A stretch of 64,000 bases of DNA from Cyanophora paradoxa CCMP329. Taxonomy: Eukaryota; Plantae; Glaucophyta. This document shows, one piece after another, positions 38,208-49,340 of the stretch. Below the pieces are notes generated by a model. It ran no database searches. It saw only the letters and a list, made by a program, of their open reading frames with translations, and was not told the DNA's origin. The translations under genes and the position numbers were made by a program. The stretch's first letter is position 1. Each line of letters starts with the position of its first letter. The stretch is taken from positions 310,001 to 374,000 of the forward strand of contig QPMI01000520.1 of NCBI GenBank assembly GCA_004431415.1, given 5' to 3'.

Positions 38208-38265
38208 CGCGCCGAATCGGTCGTGCCGACAACTCGAAACCGGTACCGGGGTCGACCGCGCGCAG

Positions 38266-38595
38266 GCTGACGAAGCTGGTGCTGGACGAGGGGGACCGGG
38301 GGGCGTGGGAGGAGCTGGTGGGGCGCCTGAAGGACGCGGCGCTCTCGGGCCTCGAGGCGCGCTGCGGCGTCCAGGAGCGCGAGGCCGCCCGCCTCGCCAC
38401 CACCTGGCAGCAGGCGCGCTCCGCCCCTGCGTGACCCGCCCCGACCCGCGCCGATCCGATGCGCGGGGCAGGCCGGCTGGGGCTTCGGGGCGTACTTCCT
38501 GCAGCGGGAGGCGGTGGCGCTGGCGCAGGAGCAGCTGCGGCGGGGCGAGGAGGCATTGAAACGACGAGCTCGAGGCCGCCTTCAACGAGCACGGC
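38266..38595 (+). pseudogene. Internal fragment of a TRAPPC10/Trs130-like gene with a frameshift
   Basis: WEELVGRLKDAALSGLEAR...|AGWGFGAYFLQREAVALAQEQL..EEALK [shift] DELEAAFNE resembles recalled TRAPPC10 (W..L...LK..I...; GWNFC.FF..KE.LA...EDAL.QYDELEA.F). No start exon. Confidence 0.6.
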
Positions 38596-39494
38596 GCGCC
38601 CCTTCCCGTCTCCCCTTCGACCGCGCTCTGGCAGGCCACCCAATCCCTCTGTGCGCTCTTCGGCGAGCAGCACTCACATTGGGCACCAGTGCGCTCCGGA
38701 TCCGGATCCCTTCGATTTCGATTTCGTTTAAAATTTTGATTTAATTTCGCGCGCGCGGCGTCGCGCAGGCGATCCGCACGGATTGCGATGGCCCCAGTAC
38801 CCCAGCTTCGATCCGACGCGACGCGATGCGGCTCCACCTTACGCACCTCCGGGGGCGGGGGAGGCCCGGTACCGGTCTCCCGGTCCGGGGCTCGTGGGGG
38901 TTTCGGCCCCCTCGGGCAGTATTCCTCCTCCTTAGCGGCCAGTCCGTGGCGGGAACGGGCGAGCCTCCGGGCACGGCCCGCACCTTTGATCCTATGATCT
39001 TAAGCCCGTAGGGTAAGTAGACCTAGGGTTTCGATCTCGAGCTTCGGTATTCGATTTCGATTTTCGACGTCACTTGCCTATCTGATTGAGCCCATGGATT
39101 CGACCGGCGGCCCACTGCTAGCCAAACAGCTGCTAGGGCTAGTCCAGATGTTGTCGGTCGTCTCTGAAATGCAAACCGGACTGATCATGAGCTCCTTGCG
39201 CAGTGAGCCCTAGGCGTGCATGCGCGCTGCAACCGCTGCAATTGAACCATACACGCCCCTTGCGCGTTCAAGAGTGGCCAGCGGCAGCGCGCAGATGCCC
39301 GTTGCCGGCTGGGCGCTGCGGCGAGCCACGAGCAGCCAGTCCTCGCGCGCGGCGCGGTGCGGCGACAGGCTCACGAGCTCGAGGCGATTCAGACGGTGGT
39401 GAACACATGCAACCTCAAGTTTAGAGAACAAGGCGGGGAGGTCACTGGGTGATCAGCTGCGCGGGCGCCGCGCGCGGCGGATAGCGGCCGGCCG

Positions 39495-42400
39495 ATGACA
39501 GACGCGAGTTGGGCAGATGGAAGCGACATCGAAGCGAAATATCAAGCCTGCCACAAGGCCGCGTTCGCCCCAGCTGGCGCGGGCATTGCAGACTCCCCGC
39601 CAACGTGTACCCCCACTTCCGCCACAGTAAAAACAACGGTGCGGCCCGCCGGGCATTCGGCGCACGTTGTGTCTGTCGCCGTAGGCATAGTATCGATCGA
39701 TTTAGCCGAGCGAAAGGCGTCGCCCGCGTCCGTAACTGACCCGCCGTTGAAACTGCTGCCGGGCCGCAGGGGGTTGTTCTCGGTCTCGTCTGCGCATCCG
39801 CGTCAGACGGACCGCCTCAAAATGATGAACCTCGTTCGTCCTCCCGATTTCCGGGGCCGTGGCGGTGAGTTTAACTGCCTCCCTCGCAGCCGCTCAACGA
39901 GGGAGACTTTTCCACGGAGCCTTTGACCAAGGGTACCGGCACTGAGGTCCGCTCTCTTCCTATGCTCGTCCCCATTCTGAGGACTCACATCGTTCGCGCC
40001 TCCCGGACGGCAGGCACTTGTCTCGGTTCGCAACCACCATCTCGCCAGCATAGCCTCTCGTTCCTGAAGTCGTTTAATCGTGCATTGCCTCGAGCAGGGC
40101 GCCCTAAACTCGACTTCGCACATGGCGGCCGTGCGCCACCCTATCCGACTATCCGCTGCCTCAAGCGGCTGAGCGCACCCGCAGATGGTCGACTCTGCCA
40201 CGGCGACCGTGTCGGACTTCGAGGAGTCCGCCAGCGGCGGCTACTCCTCCGGCAGCGAGCTCAGCAGCGCCGACCTCGCCGTGCGCTCACCCGCAACCGG
40301 CCGGCCCGCCTCGCCGTGTGGCCGCCGACGTGCGTGCGCGCGCAGTCGCTCCCGCTCGGCGGCCCGGTGGAGGACGAGATCCCCGTCCCCGTGGCGTCGG
40401 CCCCGGTCTCGTCGAACGTCTTCGCGTCGCTGCCCCTCGAGGGCTACCACGAGGAGGCGGCCCCCGTCCCCGTCTCCCTCTGCGGTCCTTTCCCGACTCC
40501 TCCCCCCCTCGCCGCTCGTCTCGACCCGACCCGAACCGCACCGCAGGCAACGGCTTCGTCAACTCCGGCGAGGAGTGCGGTTCGTGACGCCGCTCGCCAA
40601 GTCACGCGCGGGTGGCCCGACGCGGCTCTCATGGCGCATTGCAGACGACGGGACGATGAACATCGGCCCCAACGGCGTCGCTACCCTCGTCAACCACTGC
40701 AGCACCGACTGCAAGGTCGCAATTTGTCCGCATCTGCGCCGCACGCCGCTTCTGACCCGGGCGCAGGTCATTGCCTTCTGCGGTGACGGCCATGTCAGCG
40801 GCTACGAGCAGTGCGGTCCGTCCTGTCTTGGCCCCGGCGTCGCCGTGCTCCGCCCCTGAGGCCGGCTGCAGACGACGGCAGCGCGAACGGCCCCGCCGTC
40901 GCCTCGTCCCTCAACTTCTGCAGCGCCACGTGCACCATCATGCCGTACTGTGCGCCGTCCCCGGATGCGCGTCGCGCGCCGTTGGTGACCGCTGCGTGCA
41001 GGCGGCGACGGCGTGACCAACGCCGAGCTGGGCGAGACCTGCGGTGAGCTTCCGGGCGCTTCGTCGCCCCGGTCGGCCCCGCTCACGCACGCACTCTCGC
41101 AGACGATGGGACGGACAACGGCACGAGCCAGTCCGTCAACCGCTGCTCCACCGAGTGCCGCGTCTCCGCCTACTGCGGGTGCCGGCAGCTGCCCTCCCTC
41201 TGTCCGCGCCTGCCGGACCTGACGCGCGCCCTCCTCCAGTGACGGTCGCGTCGACCCCCAGCTTGGCGAGACTTGCGGTTCGTCCCAGCAGATCGCTGAA
41301 GCTTTCTTCGCGCCATACTCACTTTTGCGCCTTGCAGACGACGGCCAGTGGAACGGTACCACTGCCTCGATCAACCACTGCTCCTCCAAGGTTTGTCCGC
41401 GATGCGATTCCGTGCGGTTGGCCTGGCTTTAACGCTCCCTCGCGTGCGCAGTGCGGCCCCGCTCCGTACTGCGGCGATGGCGTCGTACGCAATCTCCCCC
41501 CGCCCCTTGCTCTTGCCTGCTCTGACGCTGCCTTCGCAGGTCAACTGCCACGAGACGTGCGGTGCGCGCGGGGCCTGTCGAGGGCGACCCGGCCGCGGCG
41601 TCACACTCGCGCGCAGACGAGGGCGAGGCGCTGAACGGCAAGCCCGGCGGCCACTGCACGGCGGACTGCCAGGTCGCCGCCTTCTGCGGGTGCGCGGCTG
41701 CGTCGACGACGACTCGACCTGTCGCGACGCCTCTTGACTCGGTCGAGCAGTGACGGCAAGGTCGACGCCGGCGAGTATTGCGACGACGGCGCCCTCAACG
41801 GCACCGCCGCCTCGACCAACCACTGCAGGTGCGCTCTGCTCCGCATCACTTTCCGTGTCGTCGCTTACTCCGCCACAGCTCTTCCTGCACCATCGCCGAC
41901 TTCTGCGGCGATGGCCGCGTCTCCTCTGGCGAGCAGTGCGGTGAGCTCTCCTCCATCCGCTCCAGACGGACGACGTCGCTGACCCGCGCTCGAACGCGCA
42001 GATGACGGCGCGCTTAACGGCACGACCCAGAGCGTGAACCACTGCAACACCTTCTGCCAGGTGGTCGACTTCTGCGGGTGCGAGCGTGTGTTTTCGGGTT
42101 GCGCTGGCAGGCCCTCACCCGTTTGCCAGTGATGGCAAGGTCTCCGCTGGCGAGCAGTGCGACGCCGGCAACCTCAACGGCACCAGCCAGAGCACCTGCT
42201 CGGCCAACTGCACGGTGCCCATTTGCCAGGCAATCTGCGCCCCCCGCGTGCTGTCTCCTAATCGTTCCTCTTACCAGGTCATCAACTTCTGTGGCGACGG
42301 TCCGCGGGCTCGCCGACGCGGTTGCTCGCTCAGTTTGACGCTGACGCGCTTGCGCATGCAGGCAAGGTTGATGTCGGCGAGCAGTGCGGTGAGCACACGT

Positions 42401-45400
42401 GCGGCCTTCTGCTCGACGCACTCGCTAAGTGCCGTGGGCAGACGATGGTCAGCTCAACGGCACCACGATGGCCCCGAACCACTGCGACAAGACTTGCCAA
42501 GTGATGGACTTCTGTGCGCACGCCTTCGCAGTTTTGTCGCTGCACAAATAACCCCTTGCAACGAACAGGCGGCGACGGCAAGGTCACCGCTGGCGAGTTC
42601 TGCGACGATGGCAACCTGAACGGCACCAGCCAGAGCCACTGCTCGCCCCAATGCACCGTCATTGAGTTCTGCGGGTGCGACCGTGTGATTTTCATTGAAA
42701 CGGCGTACCCTCGACGTCTAACGTCGTCCTAGTGACGGCAAGGTCAGCGCTGGCGAGTCCTGCGACGATGGCCAGCTCAACGGCACCACCATGTCGCCGA
42801 GCCACTGCTCCACCCAGTGCACCATCATGGACTTCTGTACGTTTTCTTCCCGCCGACCTGATTCTCACATTTCTGACGACTGCCTCCTCCCGCAGGCGGC
42901 GACGGCAAGGTCTCTGCTGGAGAGCTCTGCGACGACGGCAACCTGAACGGCACCAGCCAGAGCCACTGCTCTCCCCAGTGCACCGTCATTGAGTTCTGCG
43001 GGTGCGACCGTCTGATTTTCATTGAAACGGTGTGAAACGGCGTACTCTCGGCGTCTAACGCCACGCTAGTGACGGCAAGGTCAGCGCTGGCGAGTCCTGC
43101 GACGATGGCCAGCTCAACGGCACCACCATGTCGCCGAGCCACTGCTCCACCCAGTGCACCATCATGGACTTCTGTACGTTTTCTTCCCGCCGACCTGATT
43201 CTCACATTTCTGACGACTGCCTCCTCCCGCAGGCGGCGACGGCAAGGTCTCTGCTGGAGAGCTCTGCGACGACGGCAACCTGAACGGCACCAGCCAGAGC
43301 CACTGCTCTCCCCAGTGCACCGTCATTGAGTTCTGCGGGTGCGACCGTCTGATTTTCATTGAAACGGTGTGAAACGGCGTACTCTAGGCGTCTAACGCCA
43401 CGCTAGTGACGGCAAGGTCAGCGCTGGCGAGTCCTGCGACGATGGCCAGCTCAACGGCACCACCATGTCGCCGAGCCACTGCTCCACCCAGTGCACCGTC
43501 ATGGACTTCTGTACGTTCCATTCTTGCCAATGTCTCTCATTCCTAACCCATTCACTTCTACCATAGGCGGCGACGGCAAGGTCTCCGCTGGCGAGCTCTG
43601 CGACGACGGTCAGCTCAACGGCACCAGCCAGAGCCACTGCTCCACGCAGTGCACCGTCATCGATTTCTGTGAGCAACTCTTAAAGCGTATCCTGCTCTCT
43701 TTTAAGTTGCGCTGTTTCTAATGCGCAATCCAGGCGGTGACGGCAAGGTCAGCGCTGGCGAGTCCTGCGACGATGGCCAGCTCAACGGCACCACCATGTC
43801 GCCGAGCCACTGCTCCACCCAGTGCAACATCATGGATTTCTGTACGTTCCCACCCTCCTATTTCGCTTTCTTTCGTGCCTCTTCTCACTGGCCGCTCTGT
43901 AGGCGGTGACGCCAAGGTCTCCGCTGGTGAGCAGTGCGACGACGGTCAGCTCAACGGCACCAGCCAGAGCCACTGCTCCACGCAGTGCACCGTCGTCGAC
44001 TTCTGTGCGGTTTCCATCGTTGGTCTCACGAATGACTGTCGTGTCGCTGATGCGTGTTCATCAGGCGGCGATGGCAAGCTCTCCGATGGCGAGCAGTGCG
44101 GTGAGCCATGCTCCTTCCTTTCGTTGTGCTGCTGGAGCACGCGCGCTCACCTTGAAGCGCGCAGACGACGGCCAGCTGAACGGCACCACCGCGTCGCCGA
44201 ACCACTGCTCGGCCACCTGCTCCGTCCTCGCCTACTGTGGCGACGGCCGCGTTGACGTCTCCAACGGCGAGGCTTGCGGTTCGCGCGCCCTGCGGTTTGT
44301 ATACGTTCTTCGCCGACGTTTCCACCCGCGCAGACGACGGCGCCCTCAACGGCACCACCGCCAGCCCGGTGCGTTCGTTGTAGAATCAAGTCTGCGTTCC
44401 GCATGTTGACTTCTTTCCTAGAGCCACTGCTCGTCGGAGTGCTCCGTCCTGCCCTACTGCGGCGACGGCGCTGTCAACGGCGCGCTCGGCGAGACTTGCG
44501 GTGCGTCTAGCGTGCATGGCCGTCGCTGCCGCCTGCCTCACTTCGCCGCCCTGTAGACGACGGCGCCTTCAACGGCACCGACGCGTCCCCGGTTTCGTCT
44601 TTGCTCCCCGCCTTGTGCTCGAGTTTTCCTGAGGCATCATCGCGCAGAACCACTGCTCGGCGAACTGCACCGTCCTCCCGTACTGTGCGTGCTCTTGAAA
44701 TCTTTGAAATCTTTACGCGTCAAGATGGAAGCGTCGGGCTGACGTTCGCCTCGTGAAGGCGGCGACGGCCACGTCGACGGCGAGAAGGGCGAGCAGTGCG
44801 GTCCGTTTGCGTCCCCCTCTTTTTCGGCCGTGTTCCGGCCCTGATCTCGCCCGCAGACGACGGCTCCGATGAGAACGGGTCGCCCACCAGCCCGGTACTG
44901 CCTCGACGCGCCACTCGCCGTTTGTCCCATCTGACAGCTCGAATTCCACGCAGAGCCACTGTTCTGCTGAGTGCACGGTGATGGCCTACTGCGGTGACGG
45001 CCAGGTCAACACCGGCAACGAGGCCTGCGGTGCGCGGCTCCCCGTTCGCATCGCGTGACGTCACGTCGCCGCCCTCACGCGGGGGCAGACGATGGCTCGC
45101 TCAACGGCACCCCGGGCTCGCCGAACCACTGCTCGGCCCAGTGCACCGTCATCGACTTCTGCGGTGACGGCCGCGTCACCCTCGGCGAGGAGTGCGGTGA
45201 GCTGAACGGCATCGCTCGTGTTGGCGCCGACGCCGTTCTGACTCCCGGCCGCCCACCGCGCAGACGACGGCGCCTTCAACGGCACCAGTCAGAGCCACTG
45301 CTCTCCCCAGTGCTCCGTTCTGCCGTACTGCGGGTGCGAGCCGCTAGCGCGCGGCGGGCGTGCGCGGGGCCGGCGCCCTCACGCGGACAGCGCAGCGACG

Positions 45401-48400
45401 GCCACGTCGACCCCGACGGCGTTGACGGCCCGGAGGAGTGCGACGACGGCGCCGCCGTCAACGGCACCGACGGGAGCCCCGTGCGACCTACCCGACGCGA
45501 GGCCTTACCCCACATCAAACCGTCTTGCTCACTGCATCCATTTTGCAGAACCACTGCGGCCGCGACTGCCAGGTTGTCCCGTACTGCGGCGGTGAGTGCT
45601 CTCCTCACTCCCGCGCTTCCCCACGCCCGTGTTGAGACGCGTCGCAGACAACATGGTCAGCCCGGGCGAGCAGTGCGGTGAGCGGCTTCTCAGAAATGCG
45701 TCCCGCTGCGCCCCCTGATCGTCCGAACGCAGACGATGGCCAGCTGAACGGCACCAGCAACAGCCCGGCCCACTGCTCGGCCCAGTGCACCGTCCTCGAC
45801 TTCTGTTCGCTCAAAGTTCCGCTCCGTGCAGCACGCGCGCCTGACGCCCACTCGCAGGTGGTGACGGCAAGATCTCCGCCGGCGAGCAGTGCGGTGAGCA
45901 AGGACGGCGCCGGTCTCGCTCTGCGCCCGACGCACGCCTTACGTGCGCGGCGCGCGCACGCAGATGATGGCGACTACAATGGCTCCGCCCTCTCGCGCTC
46001 CCACTGCTCGACCGAGTGCACCGTGATGCCCTTCTGTGCGCGCTGGAGCTGCGCCTCGACGCGCGCTGTCTCACTTGTCTCTTGACGCCGCCTCCGCTGC
46101 TCCACAGGCGGTGATGGCCAGATCAACGCCGGCGAGCAGTGCGGTGAGAGACGCGAACCCCGAACCCGGGGCCGCCGCAGCCGCCGCCGACTCACGCCGT
46201 CCCCCCCGGCGCAGACGATGGCGCCTCGAACGGCACGACCACGTCGGCGAACCACTGCTCCTCGCAGTGCGAGATCCTCCCGTACTGTGCGTCGCCGGCC
46301 CCGCCTCTCCCGCCTCGTGCCGTGACGTCGAGGGCGGCGGCGGGCAGGCGGCGACGGCAAGGTGACGGCGAGCGTGGGCGAGGAGTGCGACGAGGCGGGC
46401 CTCAACGGCACCAGCGCCAGCCACTGCAGCGACGCCTGCAAGGTCCTCCCCTGGTGCGGCGACGGCTTCGTCAACCAGGCCTCGGGTCCGCCCGCCCCGC
46501 ATGCCCCGTGCCCACCGCCTCGCTCACGCTCGCGCGCGGCGGCGGCTCCGCAGAGGAGTGCGACGCCGGCGAGCTCAACGGCCAGGAGGCGGTCCACTGC
46601 GACGCCACCTGCCAGGTCCGCCCCGCCCCGCTTGCGTCCCCCGTCGCCCGCCCGCCCAGCGCCCCTCACGCCCCCGCAGATCACCCCATGGTGTAAGCCC
46701 CGCGCGGCCCCGGCGAGGCTGCACCGCCCCTGCCCCGGCTCACGGTCACGCTCGCCCGCGCAGGCGGTGACGGCATCGTGAACGCCGCCAACGAGCAGTG
46801 CGGTGCATTGCATCCTGCGCTGGCGCGCCCGCCGCGTTGCTCGGCGTCTCACGCGCGCCGGAAACAGACGACGGCGGCGCGCTCAACGGCACCCCCGGCT
46901 CGCCGAGCCACTGCAGCCAGGAGTGCCAGATCCTCCCCTACTGCGGCGGTGAGTCGTGCCTCTGTCCGCCGTTCGCGCGCGCTGAATGGCTCATGCCGCT
47001 GCAGACAACACCGTCAACCCCGGCGAGCAGTGCGGTGAGCACCGTGTAAGGGATGCGCGCGCGCAGGGTACGCTTACGGCGCGCCTGCAGACGACGGCGA
47101 CCGCAACGGCACGGGCGACAGCCCGAACCACTGCTCGACCGAGTGCACCATCATGGCGTTCTGTGCGCCCCGCAGCCGTCTCGGACGCACCACACACCGC
47201 CGGCGCTCACGCCGTCCGCAGGCGGCGACGGCAAGGTCAACGCTGGCGAGTCCTGCGATGACGGCCAGCTCAACGGCACCGCTGCCTCCCCGGTCCGCCT
47301 TTGCCGTTGTCCCGCCCCTGGTTGCGTTCCGCCGGCGAGCGGGGCGGGGCGCAGACGCACTGCAGCGACGCCTGCCGCGTGCTGCCGTTCTGCGGCGACG
47401 GCCGCAAGTCGGCCGGCGAGCAGTGCGACGACGGCCAGGACGTCAATGGCACCGACGCGAGCCCCGTGCGCCCTGTGCCGCCCGCCCGCCTCCGCCGCCG
47501 AGCTCGGCGCCGAGGTGCCTCGCGGGCAGAACCACTGCTCGGCGGACTGCACCATCCTCCCGTTCTGCGGCGACGGCGCCATCAACCTGCCGAGCGAGCA
47601 GGTGCCGGAGCCGCCGCCCTCGCCTTCCCTCTCGCATCGGCCCTCGTCCGCTGAGCGCGGGGCGGCAGTGCGACGACGGGCAGCTCAACGGGAGCGCCAT
47701 GTCGCCGAACCACTGCAGCCTCACCTGCGACGTCCTCCCGTACTGCGGCGACGGCGCCGTCAACGCCCGCTCCGAGGAGGTCCGCGCGCCCGCCCCGCCC
47801 CCCCGTCGCCTGCCCCGCCGCTCAAGCCGCGCAGTGCGACCTGGGCAACATGAACGGCGCGGTCGGCACCGCCTGCTCGGCCACCTGCAAGACCGTCTAC
47901 GTGCGCTCGCCCGCCCGCCCGCCCGCCGCCCAGCACCTCAACGCATCCGAACGACAGGTCCCGGAGTGCGGCAACGGCATCGAGGACGAGGGCGAGCAGG
48001 TGCGGCCGAGCGGCCCCGCGCCGGGTCCGCTGTCGCCTTTGACCGCCCTGGGCGCGGCTGCAGTGCGACCTGGGCAGGAGCCTGAACGGGGCGCCGGACT
48101 CGGGCTGCTCCAAGGACTGCCAGAAGGTCTACGTCCCCAAGTGCGGCAACGGCATCCGCGACAACGGCGAGGAGTGCGGTGCGCGGCGCCCCCGCGCCCC
48201 TGCCCCCGGCACGGCAGCGGAGGCCTGACGGCGGTCCCGCCCGGCCGGCCAGACATGGGTGTGCTCAACGGTCACGAGGGTGCCGCCTGCTCGGACAGCT
48301 GCACCAAGCTCGAGATCGTCGTCTGCGGTGCGCGCCGCCCGAATGGGTTGTACTCCACGCTGAGCATTTAAGACTATCCACACCACACCAAGGCCACATC

Positions 48401-49340
48401 TATAGAGCGGCTATCTATAATGTCCCACTACACCTTGCGCTTAACACTGCAAAAATTGAATGTTCTTGCTGTGATCTCTGATCTCACTCTACGGGGCCCG
48501 TCGCTGACGCGCCTGCCCCGCAGGCAACGGCATCCTCGACGCCGGCGAGCAGTGCGGTGAGCGGGACCGGCGCTTTCCTCGGCTGCGGCGACGCTGACCC
48601 CGGAGGGGCGCAGACGAGGGCTTCGAGAACGGCAAGGCGGGCAGCAGCTGCACGGAGTACTGCACTCTGCCCGTGCAGACGTGCAACGTTTGGTGAGTCG
48701 CGTTTCTCCCAATAAACGCGACGAACGTGCACTCATTCCGACGGCAGCAACGCCTGCAACTACCACCAGGTCGTCGCCCCGGTCATGGCCTGCCCTGCCC
48801 CCACCTACGGCCGTGCGCCCGCCGTCCCCCGGACCGGCCCCCGCGCCACCCGCCGCGTGCCCAACGCCGTGTGCAGGCTTCACGGCGTCGAAGGGGCGGC
48901 TGCTGCGCGTGGTGCAGAGCGAGCAGGAGGGCACCGAGGAGTGCCGCTTCGCCGGCTCCCTCGACTCGTACCTGGTGAGCTCGCGCCGCCCGGGATCCCC
49001 CCCGGGGCGGCCTTGCAAGTGAGGTGACCCTTGGCCCCCTCGCGGAAGGAGGCGATGGGGGAGGAGCTCTCGGGCGACCTCCTCTTCGCCGCCGCGCCCG
49101 CCGCCGCCGACGCCGCGCACCTCTCCTTCGTGCGCCGCGCCCCGCGCCCCTCGCCTCGCCCTGCCGCCGGCCCCTGCAGCTGACACGGCCCCGCGAAGGC
49201 GGAGGGCGTGCTCGAGGAGGACGACTTCGCGGCGGCCGCGGACGAGGAGGCCGAGGCCTTCCCCGTGCGCCCCGCCCCGAGCCCCTGCGCCCCGCCCCCG
49301 CCTCAACTCTTCCCCCGTCGCCGCCCTGCAGGCCCTCTGA
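39495..49340 (+). CDS. Giant Cys-rich repeat protein B (DUF4215-like, ~39 repeats by hand count), dozens of introns; 5' end approximate
   Basis: Tandem units (F/Y)CGDGKV.AGE.CDDG.LNGT...S.HCS.QC.V split at recurrent intron positions. Acidic tail EELSGDLLFAA...EEDDFAAAADEE; probable stop at 49338-49340. Confidence 0.82.
42729..43518 (+). repeat. 337-bp tandem duplication (two exons plus two introns per unit), ~2.3 copies
   Basis: Units start at 42729, 43066 and 43403. The first two are nearly identical including introns (one substitution seen by eye). Confidence 0.92.

Noticed and set aside
38990-39070. Telomere-like TAGGGTTT and TTCGAT stutters
   Set aside because: Single units only, not an array.
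39495-49340. Recent bacterial (Myxococcus) transfer of the Cys-rich repeat gene
   Set aside because: The gene is densely intron-laden with host codon usage and has a local paralogue, and such repeats are widespread in protists.
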